Shown one piece after another: positions 17,780 through 27,093 of a stretch of 64,000 bases of DNA. Numbering within the stretch: position 1 is the first letter of the stretch; every line of letters starts with the position of its first letter. Position numbers and translations under genes: made by a program. The stretch is from an uncultured Gammaproteobacteria bacterium (GTDB taxonomy: Bacteria; Patescibacteriota; Microgenomatia; Daviesbacterales; UBA10151). The notes beneath the pieces were generated by a model that had not been told where the DNA came from, did no database searches, and saw nothing but the letters and a program-made list of their open reading frames with translations. Where the stretch lies: assembly GCA_964649615.1 (NCBI GenBank), contig CAZYPW010000008.1, forward strand, positions 574 through 64,573, given 5' to 3'.

Positions 17780-18504
17780 ACCCTTCCTGCTTCTACCAGC
17801 AAATTCCTGACATATTTGACATAAGGTAAAACCAGCGAAAAATTCATCCTGGCAGGACCAATTACCCCAATTATACCTTCTTTTTCCAGATCCATCTCAT
17901 ATCTGGTAAATACAAAACTGGTTGTCCGTAAATACTCAAACTCCATATCCTCACCAAACAAAATATGGACAGGTTCAGAACCAACAGCTTTTCCCATAAT
18001 CTCTTTTAATCTCGGGTTTTCATCAAAAAGCCCTAAAACAAAACGGGTTACATCAATATCATAAAACTCCGGCCAATCCAGTATATTTGCTGCTCCGGCA
18101 TAATATAGCTGACCATCGTTATCTGTTGCCAAACCCAACATATCACAACGATCTGCCAATGCCTTAACTGCTTCTTTCAAAAGCCGCTCCTGTTTATACC
18201 TTTGTTGCCACATTTGCTCTTTGATAGATACTTCTGCCGTGACAGGCAGTTGTTTCTCATTCATCAGCTCTGAAATGTAAAATCTCATTCCCATTGAAGT
18301 TGGAGTCCTGCCTGCGCTGGTATGAGGTTGCCTTAAATATCCCATCTCAGTTAATCTCACCATCTCAATCCTGATAGTAGCAGGGGAGACTCCTAAGGAA
18401 TATTTCCGCTCAATTACTTCAGAACCAATAGGTTCTGCATTTTCTATATACTCTTCAATTATTGCTTTTAAAAGTGCCTGTTGTCTATCCGTCAAATCTG
18501 CCAT
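17776..18504 (-). CDS. hrcA: Heat-inducible repressor HrcA (short form)
   Basis: LKAIIEEYI, VSPATIR, QPHTSAGRTPT, GIIGVIGPARM. Confidence 0.95.
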   Translation of the reverse strand: MADLTDRQQALLKAIIEEYIENAEPIGSEVIERKYSLGVSPATIRIEMVRLTEMGYLRQPHTSAGRTPTSMGMRFYISELMNEKQLPVTAEVSIKEQMWQQRYKQERLLKEAVKALADRCDMLGLATDNDGQLYYAGAANILDWPEFYDIDVTRFVLGLFDENPRLKEIMGKAVGSEPVHILFGEDMEFEYLRTTSFVFTRYEMDLEKEGIIGVIGPARMNFSLVLPYVKYVRNLLVEAGRV

Positions 18505-18518
18505 AAAGTTTAATTAAA

Positions 18519-18555
18519 CTAGCAGTAAGATACCATGAGTGCTAAGTCTTGTCAA
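18519..18555 (-). promoter_or_regulatory. CIRCE operator overlapping the sigma70-type hrcA promoter
   Basis: Minus strand TTAGCACTC-N9-TACTGCTAG (18545-18519); TTGACA (18555-18550)-17 nt-TATCTT. Confidence 0.85.
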
Positions 18556-18575
18556 TACTTCAATTTCATTCAGTA

Positions 18576-18604
18576 TTGACCCTGAGCGAAGCCGAATGGG
18601 TCAA
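18576..18604. repeat. Intergenic CCTGAGC..CGAA.GG family hairpin
   Basis: TTGACCCTGAGCGAAGCCGAATGGGTCAA. Confidence 0.75.
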
Positions 18605-18610
18605 GAGGGA

Positions 18611-19876
18611 TTATACAGCTAAATCTTTACCATGATACTGCCTTAATGCTTTACCTTTAAAAGTTAAAATTGATAAAACCAGCAGCACTCCCACACCCCC
18701 TACCACCACAGAGGCCGGTCCTCCTATGGCTTTGGCCAAAAATCCTGCTTCCATATCCCCCAGCTGCGGCCCGCCCTGGAAGAAAATCCTCATTACTGAT
18801 GCCATCCTGCCCCTTAAATGATCCGGAGTAATCATTTGTCTGATGGTATTTCTGATAATAGTGGATGTCATATCCCCAAATCCCAGCAGGATTAAAAAGA
18901 AAATAGACAGGGCAAAAATTTTAGACAAACCAAATCCAATGGTGGCCAATCCATACAAAACTAATGCCGCAATAATCGTCTTGCCCTGATGCTTAATTTT
19001 ATGATGAAGTGCAGAAACCAAAAGTCCTGCCAAGACGCCACCGATGGCCGGGCCAGAATACAAAAGCCCCAATCCCTGCGGTCCAACATGTAGGACATCC
19101 TGGGCAAAAACCGGCATTAAAATGGTGGCTGTGCCAAAAAAAGTAGCAGCAAAATCCAAAATCATGGTGGTATAAAGTATAGGAGTTTTTAAAACAAATC
19201 TTATTCCTTCCATTATTGATCCCATACTAAACTTCACTTTTAAAGGATCATGTTTTTGTAAAGCTACATTAAGAGAAAGTACAGCACCTATAAAAAACAG
19301 GAAAGACAGGCTATTTAAAAGGTAAACTGCAGCTACTCCCATGCCGCCAATTAAAAATCCGGCAATGGCCGGGCCAATCATGGTAGCCCCTTGAAACTGC
19401 AGCACATTTAAAGAAACTGCATTCATAAAATACTCTTTTGGCACTAAATGAGGCAAAACAGACTGCCTGGCCGGTATAGAAAAAGACTGGGCTGTAGCAA
19501 CCAAAACTAAAATTCCATAAATCATTAAAGGGTTGATAAAATGGGTTATGGTCATAGTAAAAAGAATTAGGGCCAGAATCAGCTGGGCAGCTTGAGAAAT
19601 AATCAGCAGTTTTTTTCTATCCACTTTATCAGCCACTAAACCTCCTACCAAAGAAAATAAAATTATCGGCAGAAAATTAGCCAGACCAATCAGACCTAAA
19701 GAGGCAGGATTGCGGGTCATCTCATACACCTGCCAGGCCACAGCCACTGTTTGCATCTGATTGCCAATTTCTGATAAAAAAGCCCCAAATAAATAATTTC
19801 TAAAATGAGTTACTTTTAAAGTTAAAAAAGGTGAGATTTTAGTGCGCGAAGCGCGCGAACTTTGTTCAGATTCCAT
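18611..19876 (-). CDS. MFS transporter (EntS/MFS_3-like)
   Basis: About 12 TM segments, GGLVADKVDRKK motif A, TPDHLRGRM. Confidence 0.9.
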   Translation of the reverse strand: MESEQSSRASRTKISPFLTLKVTHFRNYLFGAFLSEIGNQMQTVAVAWQVYEMTRNPASLGLIGLANFLPIILFSLVGGLVADKVDRKKLLIISQAAQLILALILFTMTITHFINPLMIYGILVLVATAQSFSIPARQSVLPHLVPKEYFMNAVSLNVLQFQGATMIGPAIAGFLIGGMGVAAVYLLNSLSFLFFIGAVLSLNVALQKHDPLKVKFSMGSIMEGIRFVLKTPILYTTMILDFAATFFGTATILMPVFAQDVLHVGPQGLGLLYSGPAIGGVLAGLLVSALHHKIKHQGKTIIAALVLYGLATIGFGLSKIFALSIFFLILLGFGDMTSTIIRNTIRQMITPDHLRGRMASVMRIFFQGGPQLGDMEAGFLAKAIGGPASVVVGGVGVLLVLSILTFKGKALRQYHGKDLAV

Positions 19877-19920
19877 ATTTTAACTTTCTAGTATACGAAA
19901 AAAGTAGTATCATTTGCATT

Positions 19921-20616
19921 ATGAGAGTTCTGCTGATTGGGAAAAATGCCAAAAATATCGAAAAACTGATCAAAGATTTGGGATTTGAGATTGTGACATT
20001 AAATCCTGATCTAATCATCACTTACGGAGGAGATGGAACTTTACTGTCTGCTGAAAGTCAATTTCCACTCATTCCCAAACTTCCCATCAGAGACAGTGAC
20101 ATTTGTAAAAAATGTGTTGATCATCAGGATGAAGATGTTTTAAAAAAACTTATCAAAGGCGAGCTGAAAATTAAAGAGTATAAAAAGCTGGAAACAGAAA
20201 TTTTATTTAAAAAATTTTATGCTTTAAATGATTTTGTGGTTAGGAATTTTAGTCCTACCCATGCCATTAGATTTAAGGTGAACGGTCGGTTCTCCATTGG
20301 GGATGGAATTGTTATTTCTACTCCTTTTGGCTCAACAGCTTATTTTAGATCCGTTACCGGACAAACATTTGAAAAAGGATTCAGTATGGCATTTAACAAC
20401 ACTACAGAACAGATAGATCCACTGTTTTTGAAGGATGGAGATACACTCACTTTCCAGCTTACCCGAGGCAAAGCTACTTTATCTTTTGATAATAGTCTGG
20501 ATATTTTTAATATTGATGAGGGATCGCAATTATTATTTAAATTATCGGACCATGTTGCCAAAATCTATGAAGATACATCTTTAAGATGTCCTAATTGTGA
20601 AGTTATTAGAGGTTAA
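19921..20616 (+). CDS. nadK: NAD(+) kinase
   Basis: YGGDGTLL, ALND, GDGIVISTPFGSTAY. Confidence 0.88.
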   Translation: MRVLLIGKNAKNIEKLIKDLGFEIVTLNPDLIITYGGDGTLLSAESQFPLIPKLPIRDSDICKKCVDHQDEDVLKKLIKGELKIKEYKKLETEILFKKFYALNDFVVRNFSPTHAIRFKVNGRFSIGDGIVISTPFGSTAYFRSVTGQTFEKGFSMAFNNTTEQIDPLFLKDGDTLTFQLTRGKATLSFDNSLDIFNIDEGSQLLFKLSDHVAKIYEDTSLRCPNCEVIRG

Positions 20617-21557
20617 GCCACAGCTGATTCTAGAAAATTTAATTCTTTATTGCTAGTATCAAAAGAAACTTTAATTCCTATTGGCATGGGGATATTTATT
20701 GTAAAATGTCCAAAGTCCATATTTGCCATAATAGGAAATTTATAATCTTTTAAAATATCTAAAATCATCTCTTTGACTGTGGGTTCTACTACTTCTTTTT
20801 CTCTTGACGGTTTTATGTATTTAATCTTTCCGATTAACATCCCGGAAATTTTATCTAGAACTCCCGCATATTTAAGTCTGTATAAATTCCTAGCTATCAT
20901 ATGTAATTCCTGGCCTATTTCTTCCCAAAATAATATGCTTCCATTAAAATCTTCTATTTTTGGAAAATAAGGTGTACCAGCTCCTGCTGTAAGCAGTTGT
21001 AATATTCCACCAATTAAATGTCCTTCTGTTTTCCCTTTTTTCCACTGCTCCCACTCTGATAAAGGTTTTATTATTCCAGGAGCTTTATCTTTTGTTACAA
21101 ACTTTAAAAAAAATTCTTTATTGAAATTTAAAACATCATCCATATGGAATCCTACCATTCCTGTTTTTGCAAATATTGCCAGATGATAAGAAGTCATATC
21201 AGACATACCCATAAATGGTTTGGGATTATGAGTTATTAGTTCGTAGTCTAAATACTCTAAAACAGAAATTGCTGAATAACCACCAGTCTGGGCTATGATG
21301 GCTTTAATATTTTTATCTGCAAACATGGAATTTATATCATCAGCCACTTCTTTTGGACTCCCAGCCATCCACCATCTTGTTTGATCTATTGTCTTACCTT
21401 CTTTAATCCTAAAACTCATCTGTTCAATTATTTTTTTACCACGTTCATAATTCCCTTTAAATGAGGGTAAAATAGGTAAAGATGAGGCAACAATGCCAAT
21501 TGTGTCTCCAAGGGTTAACTTAGGAGGTTTAACGATTTTCACCCTTGCAGTGTACAA
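20613..21557 (-). CDS. S66 family LD-carboxypeptidase (MccF/LdcA-like)
   Basis: GDTIGIVASS, QTGGY, GMSDMT, ILFWEE, DFGH. Confidence 0.9.
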   Translation of the reverse strand: MYTARVKIVKPPKLTLGDTIGIVASSLPILPSFKGNYERGKKIIEQMSFRIKEGKTIDQTRWWMAGSPKEVADDINSMFADKNIKAIIAQTGGYSAISVLEYLDYELITHNPKPFMGMSDMTSYHLAIFAKTGMVGFHMDDVLNFNKEFFLKFVTKDKAPGIIKPLSEWEQWKKGKTEGHLIGGILQLLTAGAGTPYFPKIEDFNGSILFWEEIGQELHMIARNLYRLKYAGVLDKISGMLIGKIKYIKPSREKEVVEPTVKEMILDILKDYKFPIMANMDFGHFTINIPMPIGIKVSFDTSNKELNFLESAVA

Positions 21558-21588
21558 AAAAATCTCGCCCCTTTAAAGAGCGAGATTT
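21556..21588 (-). terminator. Intrinsic terminator after the DUF378 gene
   Basis: Minus strand AAATCTCGCTCTTTAAAGGGGCGAGATTTTTTT. Confidence 0.65.
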
Positions 21589-21614
21589 AACTTTTCCTAA
21601 AAATTTAGGAATAA

Positions 21615-21818
21615 TTACTTTGCACAAATCTTGCAATCACCCATGTGGGTGGCTGCGATATAGACGGCTGATACCCCAACCAAAATATAAACAATATTGG
21701 TCAGACCCATTCCACCAAAAATTGTTTCCACCAGATTTAGATTAAAAAGGGCTACCAAACCCCAGTTCAAACCGCCAACTACCAAAAGGGTAAATGCAAC
21801 CATATGAAGTGCTTTCAT
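21615..21818 (-). CDS. DUF378 small membrane protein
   Basis: LLVVGGLNWGLV, IVYILVGVSA. Confidence 0.9.
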   Translation of the reverse strand: MKALHMVAFTLLVVGGLNWGLVALFNLNLVETIFGGMGLTNIVYILVGVSAVYIAATHMGDCKICAK

Positions 21819-21907
21819 TTATTTAATCACCCCCTTCTATATCCAGTGTACTCACAAAGGAGTTTTTTAATCAAGATACAACTAGTTTACATAGTTGTAT
21901 CAAGAGG

Positions 21908-23785
21908 TTATGATTTTAGAATGCTTAAAAAAGCTTCCTGGGGAATCTCTACTCTACCCACCATTTTCATTTTCTTTTTTCCCTTTTTCTGTTTTTCCAA
22001 AAGCTTATCCTTGCGGGTTCTATCTCCGCCATATAATTTGGCTGTGACATCTTTTCTAAATGGAGAGATTGATTCTCTGGCTATAATAGTTCCACCTATA
22101 GCTGCTTGAACGGCTATCATAAAATTTTGCCTGGGTAAAACTTCTTTTAATTTCTCAACAATTTTTCTGCCATAACTTTCAGCTTTTGATTTAAAAACAA
22201 TTTGAGACAGCGCATCTACTTTTTCCCCTGCCACTAAAATATCTACTCTAACTGCTTCCACTTCCCTAAATTCTAAAAATTCCCAATCAAGGGAGGCAAA
22301 CCCAGATGAAACTGATTTTAACTTATCATAAAAATCAGTCACCATTTCAGAAAGAGGCATTTGATAAGAAAGTTCAACCTGCAGCCCAAAATGCTGCATA
22401 TTTAAAAACCGACCCCTTTTATCTTGTACCAAATCCATTGCTGGACCAATATAGGTTTGGGGGATGAATATTTTTAAAACTACCCAAGGCTCTTTAATGC
22501 TTTTCATATTCATGGGATCAATTTCTGATGGGTTATGGACCATCAGCCCATTAATTTCATACTCCACAAAGGGAATAGTAGCAATCAAATCTACATTAAA
22601 TTCCCCTGATAACCTTTCCTGCACTACCTCTGCATGAAGCAATCCTAAAAATCCACACCTAAACCCATTTCCCAAAGCCTGTGAGGATTCTAGCTCATAA
22701 GTGAAAGCGGGATCATTTAACCTAAATTTTTCTAAAGCTTCTTTAGCATCTATATAATCTTCTTGATCTATAGGAAAAAGCCCTACAAACACCATTGGCT
22801 TAACTTCTTTGTATCCAGGCAATGGTTGTATATCGTTTTTGTCTTCCGATATTCGATGACCGATGTTCGATAAACTTGTTATTGTATCTCCTACCCTAAC
22901 TAAATCTGACTGCTTGATTCCAGTGGCTATATAACCTATCTCTCCACTTTTCAATCTATCATTGACAGTCAGTTGTGGGGCAAAAAAACCTGTTTCTAAA
23001 ATATGTCCCTCCGACTTAGTCTGTAAAAAAGAAATTTTGCTGTTAACGCTTGGTGTAATACCTTCCACTATTCTAACCTGGGCTATCACCCCTTTGAAGC
23101 TGTCAAAAAAAGAATCAAAAATTAAAGCTTTAAGAGGTTTTTCTATTTCCTGTTTTGGAGCTGGAATTTTAGTAACAATTGCCTCCAATAGTTTATCCAC
23201 CCCAACTCCTGTTTTTCCGGAAACCAGGAGTATCTCCATATCATTAAATCCAAAAGATTCTATTAATTGTTTTTTAACATTTGCCACATCGGCATTCGGG
23301 AGATCTATTTTGTTCACAACCGGAATTAATGTTAAATTTTGCTCCATGGCAGCTAAACCATGAGCTAAGGTTTGAGCTTGTACTCCTTGTGTTGCATCTA
23401 CCAAAAGTATCGCTCCTTCCACTGCTGCCATTGCCCGGGACACTTCGTAGCTAAAATCAACATGGCCTGGAGTATCTATCAGATTCAAAATATATTCTGA
23501 ATCTACAAACTCTAAATTCGAAGCACGAAATTCGAAATTGTTTTTGTCGTTTAGATTTTGATCATTGGAATTTGTTTCGGATTTAGGATTTCGATATTCG
23601 TATTTTAATCTAACAGGGGCAAGTTTGATAGTAATGCCCCGCTCACGCTCTAATGCCAAACTATCTAAAAGCTGAGGCTGCATCTTATCTTTGGGAACAG
23701 TGCCTGTAATTTCAATAAGTCTATCTGCTAATGTAGACTTTCCGTGATCTATATGCGCTATAATTGTCACGTTACGAATATTCAT
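21908..23785 (-). CDS. lepA: Elongation factor 4
   Basis: IIAHIDHGKSTLADR, ERERGITIK, LIDTPGHVDF, GFRCGFLGLLH, KLLEKQKKGKKKMK. Confidence 0.98.
   Translation of the reverse strand: MNIRNVTIIAHIDHGKSTLADRLIEITGTVPKDKMQPQLLDSLALERERGITIKLAPVRLKYEYRNPKSETNSNDQNLNDKNNFEFRASNLEFVDSEYILNLIDTPGHVDFSYEVSRAMAAVEGAILLVDATQGVQAQTLAHGLAAMEQNLTLIPVVNKIDLPNADVANVKKQLIESFGFNDMEILLVSGKTGVGVDKLLEAIVTKIPAPKQEIEKPLKALIFDSFFDSFKGVIAQVRIVEGITPSVNSKISFLQTKSEGHILETGFFAPQLTVNDRLKSGEIGYIATGIKQSDLVRVGDTITSLSNIGHRISEDKNDIQPLPGYKEVKPMVFVGLFPIDQEDYIDAKEALEKFRLNDPAFTYELESSQALGNGFRCGFLGLLHAEVVQERLSGEFNVDLIATIPFVEYEINGLMVHNPSEIDPMNMKSIKEPWVVLKIFIPQTYIGPAMDLVQDKRGRFLNMQHFGLQVELSYQMPLSEMVTDFYDKLKSVSSGFASLDWEFLEFREVEAVRVDILVAGEKVDALSQIVFKSKAESYGRKIVEKLKEVLPRQNFMIAVQAAIGGTIIARESISPFRKDVTAKLYGGDRTRKDKLLEKQKKGKKKMKMVGRVEIPQEAFLSILKS
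22843..22871. repeat. Heptamer array in frame in lepA
   Basis: CTTCCGA TATTCGA TGACCGA TGTTCGA; peptide SNIGHRISE. Confidence 0.7.
23507..23605. repeat. Inverted heptamer-array element (~100 nt) in frame in the lepA G-domain
   Basis: AAACTCT AAATTCG AAGCACG AAATTCG ... TTTCGGA TTTAGGA TTTCGAT ATTCGTA; peptide YEYRNPKSETNSNDQNLNDKNNFEFRASNLEF. Confidence 0.85.
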
Positions 23786-23797
23786 GCGGGTATTGTA

Positions 23798-25432
23798 TCA
23801 AAGGGAATCAGGAAATATCTCTTTTGACTGCAGTTTTCCTTGAAAGTTACCTATTCTTTTTAATAAATCTGCATAAGTGGTGAGTTCTTTAACTCTCATA
23901 AACCAAACTAAACTTACATAAACTGACAGCGCAAAAACAGAAGAAAATCCAGTTAGAATCAAAAGATTAATGGTTCTGGTAGTATCAAATATAACTTGGT
24001 CTAGCAGCTTGATGGGCACATATAAAGCCACACCCATAATGACTGTGGCCATGAGCATCTTTAAAAATGGCACTAGCACTTGATTTAGGGAAAACCTGCC
24101 CACTCTAAAATGTAATGTCCAAAAAAGCAAAACTGCAGAAACTATGGCAGAGATAGAGTTTGCCAGGCCAATGCTCCATACATCCAGATGCAGCATTTGA
24201 ATAAAATAAACACTCAGTAAAATATTTAATCCAACTACCAGAAAAGAAACTGTCACTGGAGTTTTGGTATCTTTCATAGCATAAAAACCTCGCACCAAAA
24301 GTAAAGAGATGGCTTGAGCAGAAAGCCCAATAGATAAATAGGCTAGCGTTGCCCCTGTTAAAACAGTTGCTTCCCAATCAAATTGAGAAGCACCAAAAAT
24401 AAGCCTAACTACTGGGATTCTAATCACAATCAAAATAGCTGTAGCAGGGAGTGCCAAAAATAAAATTTGGTGCAAAGTGGTAATCAAGGTAATTTTAAAT
24501 TCTTCAATTTTTCCTCTAGCTCTTTCTGCAGATAAAACAGGAAGTGCAGCCTGTGACAAAGTAGCTCCAAAAAGCCCAATTGGTACCACTTGTAAATGTT
24601 GGGCAAAGGTAAGATAGGTGACAGAACCTATAGTTGAAAGTGATGCTAAAGCCAGCCCCACAGTTTCATTAATCTGTTCTGCAGCTAGTCCAATGGTTCT
24701 AACGCTCATCAGTTTCACAATTTCTTTTACTCCAGGATGGAAAAATTTTGGAGGAAATTTAAACCTAAAACCAAGTGAATAAACTAAAGGAAACTGGATT
24801 ATTGCATGTAAAAATGCCCCAATGATTACCCCAAAAGCAGCTCCCCTAATTCCCATTGAATCAGATAAAAAAATAATTCCTATAATTATCCCTAAATTAT
24901 AAAAAACAGGAGCGAATGCAGGCACCACAAACCTTTGGAAAGATTGAGAGATACCCACAAAAAAGGAACCAAACACTAAGATTATTTGCCCAAATAAAAT
25001 AACTCTGGTTAAAGAAACTACTTGAGCTTGGCGCTCTGAATCAAAACCAGGTGCGATGATAGAAGAGATGATGGGGTGGGCGAAAATAAATATTAAAATA
25101 GTAACGCCTAAAAATAGGGCTAAACATAAATTCAAAATGGCGCTGGCCATCTCAAAAGCATCGCCCTTGCCCTTATTTGCTAAGCTTTCTGTAAAAACAG
25201 GAATAAAAGCCACCGATAATGCTCCTAAAATAATAATTTGAAATATCAAATCTGGCAACCTGAAAGCAGCCCAAAAAAGATCTATCTTATCTGGGGCAAA
25301 AACATGAGCAAGCAATCTATCTCTAATTAATCCTAAAATCTTAGATAAAAACATAGTGGCCATAATAATGGAAGCACCAGATAGAATTGAAGTTTGGCGG
25401 GAGTACAAAAGAGACAAAATATTTTTAACCAT
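23798..25432 (-). CDS. murJ: Lipid II flippase MurJ
   Basis: SKILGLIRD, AAFRLPD, AFIPVF, RGFYAMKDTKTP. Confidence 0.95.
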   Translation of the reverse strand: MVKNILSLLYSRQTSILSGASIIMATMFLSKILGLIRDRLLAHVFAPDKIDLFWAAFRLPDLIFQIIILGALSVAFIPVFTESLANKGKGDAFEMASAILNLCLALFLGVTILIFIFAHPIISSIIAPGFDSERQAQVVSLTRVILFGQIILVFGSFFVGISQSFQRFVVPAFAPVFYNLGIIIGIIFLSDSMGIRGAAFGVIIGAFLHAIIQFPLVYSLGFRFKFPPKFFHPGVKEIVKLMSVRTIGLAAEQINETVGLALASLSTIGSVTYLTFAQHLQVVPIGLFGATLSQAALPVLSAERARGKIEEFKITLITTLHQILFLALPATAILIVIRIPVVRLIFGASQFDWEATVLTGATLAYLSIGLSAQAISLLLVRGFYAMKDTKTPVTVSFLVVGLNILLSVYFIQMLHLDVWSIGLANSISAIVSAVLLFWTLHFRVGRFSLNQVLVPFLKMLMATVIMGVALYVPIKLLDQVIFDTTRTINLLILTGFSSVFALSVYVSLVWFMRVKELTTYADLLKRIGNFQGKLQSKEIFPDSL

Positions 25433-25495
25433 ACTAAACTAGTATAATAGCTTTCTTGCTTGATAAAAAGGTAGCAGCATGCTAACATATCGAGC

Positions 25496-25729
25496 ATGCC
25501 AATTCTTAAATCAGCTATTAAAAAGGTCAGGAAAGATAAGTTAAGAACAATTCGCAATAAAAAGCGGGAAGCTAACTTAAAAACTTTAATCAAAAAGGCA
25601 CGTTCCTCAAAATCTGCCAAAGATTTATCAGCTGTTTTTTCAGCCTTGGATAAAGCCGCTAAAGTTAAATTAATTCACCCAAATAAGTCTGCGCGGCTTA
25701 AATCAAGATTATCAAAAAAGTCCAAATGA
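25496..25729 (+). CDS. rpsT: 30S ribosomal protein S20
   Basis: MPILKSAIKK, LDKAAK, IHPNKSARLKSRL. Confidence 0.96.
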   Translation: MPILKSAIKKVRKDKLRTIRNKKREANLKTLIKKARSSKSAKDLSAVFSALDKAAKVKLIHPNKSARLKSRLSKKSK

Positions 25730-25743
25730 AGTATACTTAGGAC

Positions 25744-26319
25744 ATGCCTGCCAAAAATCCAAAATTATCTATTCGCCTAGATTTACTTCATCCACAAGGA
25801 AATCCCCAAAGTTTAACTGCCAGAGCAGTAAAATGGCTTCTTTCCTCAGGCAGATATATCTTTATTTTTGTAGAAGCTTTAGTTTTAATTGCTTTTTTTA
25901 CCCGGTTTAAATTAGATGCAGATTTGGCAGAAAGAAAAGAATCAATTGAGCAAAAAGTACCTTTTATTGAAAGTTTAAAGCCATATGAAACAGTGATCAG
26001 GCAAACACAACAAAAAATCTTAAGCGTTAAATCCTTTTACTCTGAGTCTCCTGATTACGCAAAAGTGCTCAGTGAACTTGCCAATCTGATTCCCCTTCAA
26101 GTAACAATCTCAAATCTAAATATGACCAAAGATATATCCAAAGTTAAAATCCAAATCAATGCAGCCTCCCAGTCAAATAACGGTCTATTAGGTTTTATGA
26201 CTGCTTTAAAAAGGAGTAATAATTTTTCAGAGGTTAATCTTTCTAGCATTGGCCTGGAAGCAAATACTATCAACTTTACTATTACCGCCACCAGTAATTT
26301 GTCTAAACAATCTATATGA
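25744..26319 (+). CDS. PilN-like type IV pilus assembly protein
   Basis: IRLDLL N-terminus, single TM, coiled coil, LIPLQVTISNL, FSEVNLSSI. Confidence 0.7.
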   Translation: MPAKNPKLSIRLDLLHPQGNPQSLTARAVKWLLSSGRYIFIFVEALVLIAFFTRFKLDADLAERKESIEQKVPFIESLKPYETVIRQTQQKILSVKSFYSESPDYAKVLSELANLIPLQVTISNLNMTKDISKVKIQINAASQSNNGLLGFMTALKRSNNFSEVNLSSIGLEANTINFTITATSNLSKQSI

Positions 26320-26921
26320 AAAATCAGTCAACCATTTATTCCCGCTATTTTACCTATATCAAACCAATTAGCAAATTCCCCATTATTAAAACTTATGGCT
26401 CAACAATTTTCACCCTTCTAATCATGATTATTTTCATCTTTTTTGCCATCAAACCAACTATTGAAACTATTTTAGTCCTGCAAAAGAAATTAGAAAATTA
26501 TGATGAAATACAAAAAAAGGTTGAGCAAAAAGCCAATGATTTATCCCAAGGGAAGCAAAATTATGATAATTTAGATGAAAACCTTAAGATCAGATTACAA
26601 AATGCTATCCCTGATTCTGCAGATATCAGTTCTATCATTTCAAATATTGAACAGATTACCAAAAGCCATAACGCTTCAATCTCTGCCATCCAGATCCAAC
26701 CAATAATTCTAACTCCCAGAGATGAAAAGATAGTGGGCACTTTAGCTGAGGTAAATTTTACTGTTAATATTGAAGGATTTTACCCTGGCCTTGTTGCTAT
26801 CTTGCAAGATTTAAGGTTAAGTAGTAGGTTGTTCTCAATAGAAAACCTAACCATCAATAAGCTTACGGAAGGATCAGGGTTAATTTTATCTATTTCAGGA
26901 AAGGCCTATTACATAAAGTAA
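26316..26921 (+). CDS. PilO-like type IV pilus assembly protein
   Basis: TM, coiled coil, AIPD, FTVNIEGFY, RLFSIENLTI. Confidence 0.72.
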   Translation: MKNQSTIYSRYFTYIKPISKFPIIKTYGSTIFTLLIMIIFIFFAIKPTIETILVLQKKLENYDEIQKKVEQKANDLSQGKQNYDNLDENLKIRLQNAIPDSADISSIISNIEQITKSHNASISAIQIQPIILTPRDEKIVGTLAEVNFTVNIEGFYPGLVAILQDLRLSSRLFSIENLTINKLTEGSGLILSISGKAYYIK

Positions 26922-26922
26922 A

Positions 26923-27093
26923 ATGACAACCAAAAAAGAGTGGCTGATTGCTACCATCTTAACTTTTATCACAGTTTGCGCTTGGGTTATATTTGATATA
27001 TTGCATACCCGTTCCCAGGTGGAAATACCGCCTAATTTACAACAGGTTATTGAACCAATTAATCCCAATTTTGAAACGGCAGTTTTTGAATGA
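26923..27093 (+). CDS. Small single-TM protein (56 aa), not in the ORF track
   Basis: MTTKKEWLIATILTFITVCAWVIFDILHTRSQVEIPPNLQQVIEPINPNFETAVFE; fills the gap and its stop overlaps the next start (ATGA). Confidence 0.75.
   Translation: MTTKKEWLIATILTFITVCAWVIFDILHTRSQVEIPPNLQQVIEPINPNFETAVFE

Noticed and set aside
19843-19858. GCGCGAAGCGCGCG run at the MFS N-terminus
   Set aside because: Unusual composition, but single and too short to call.
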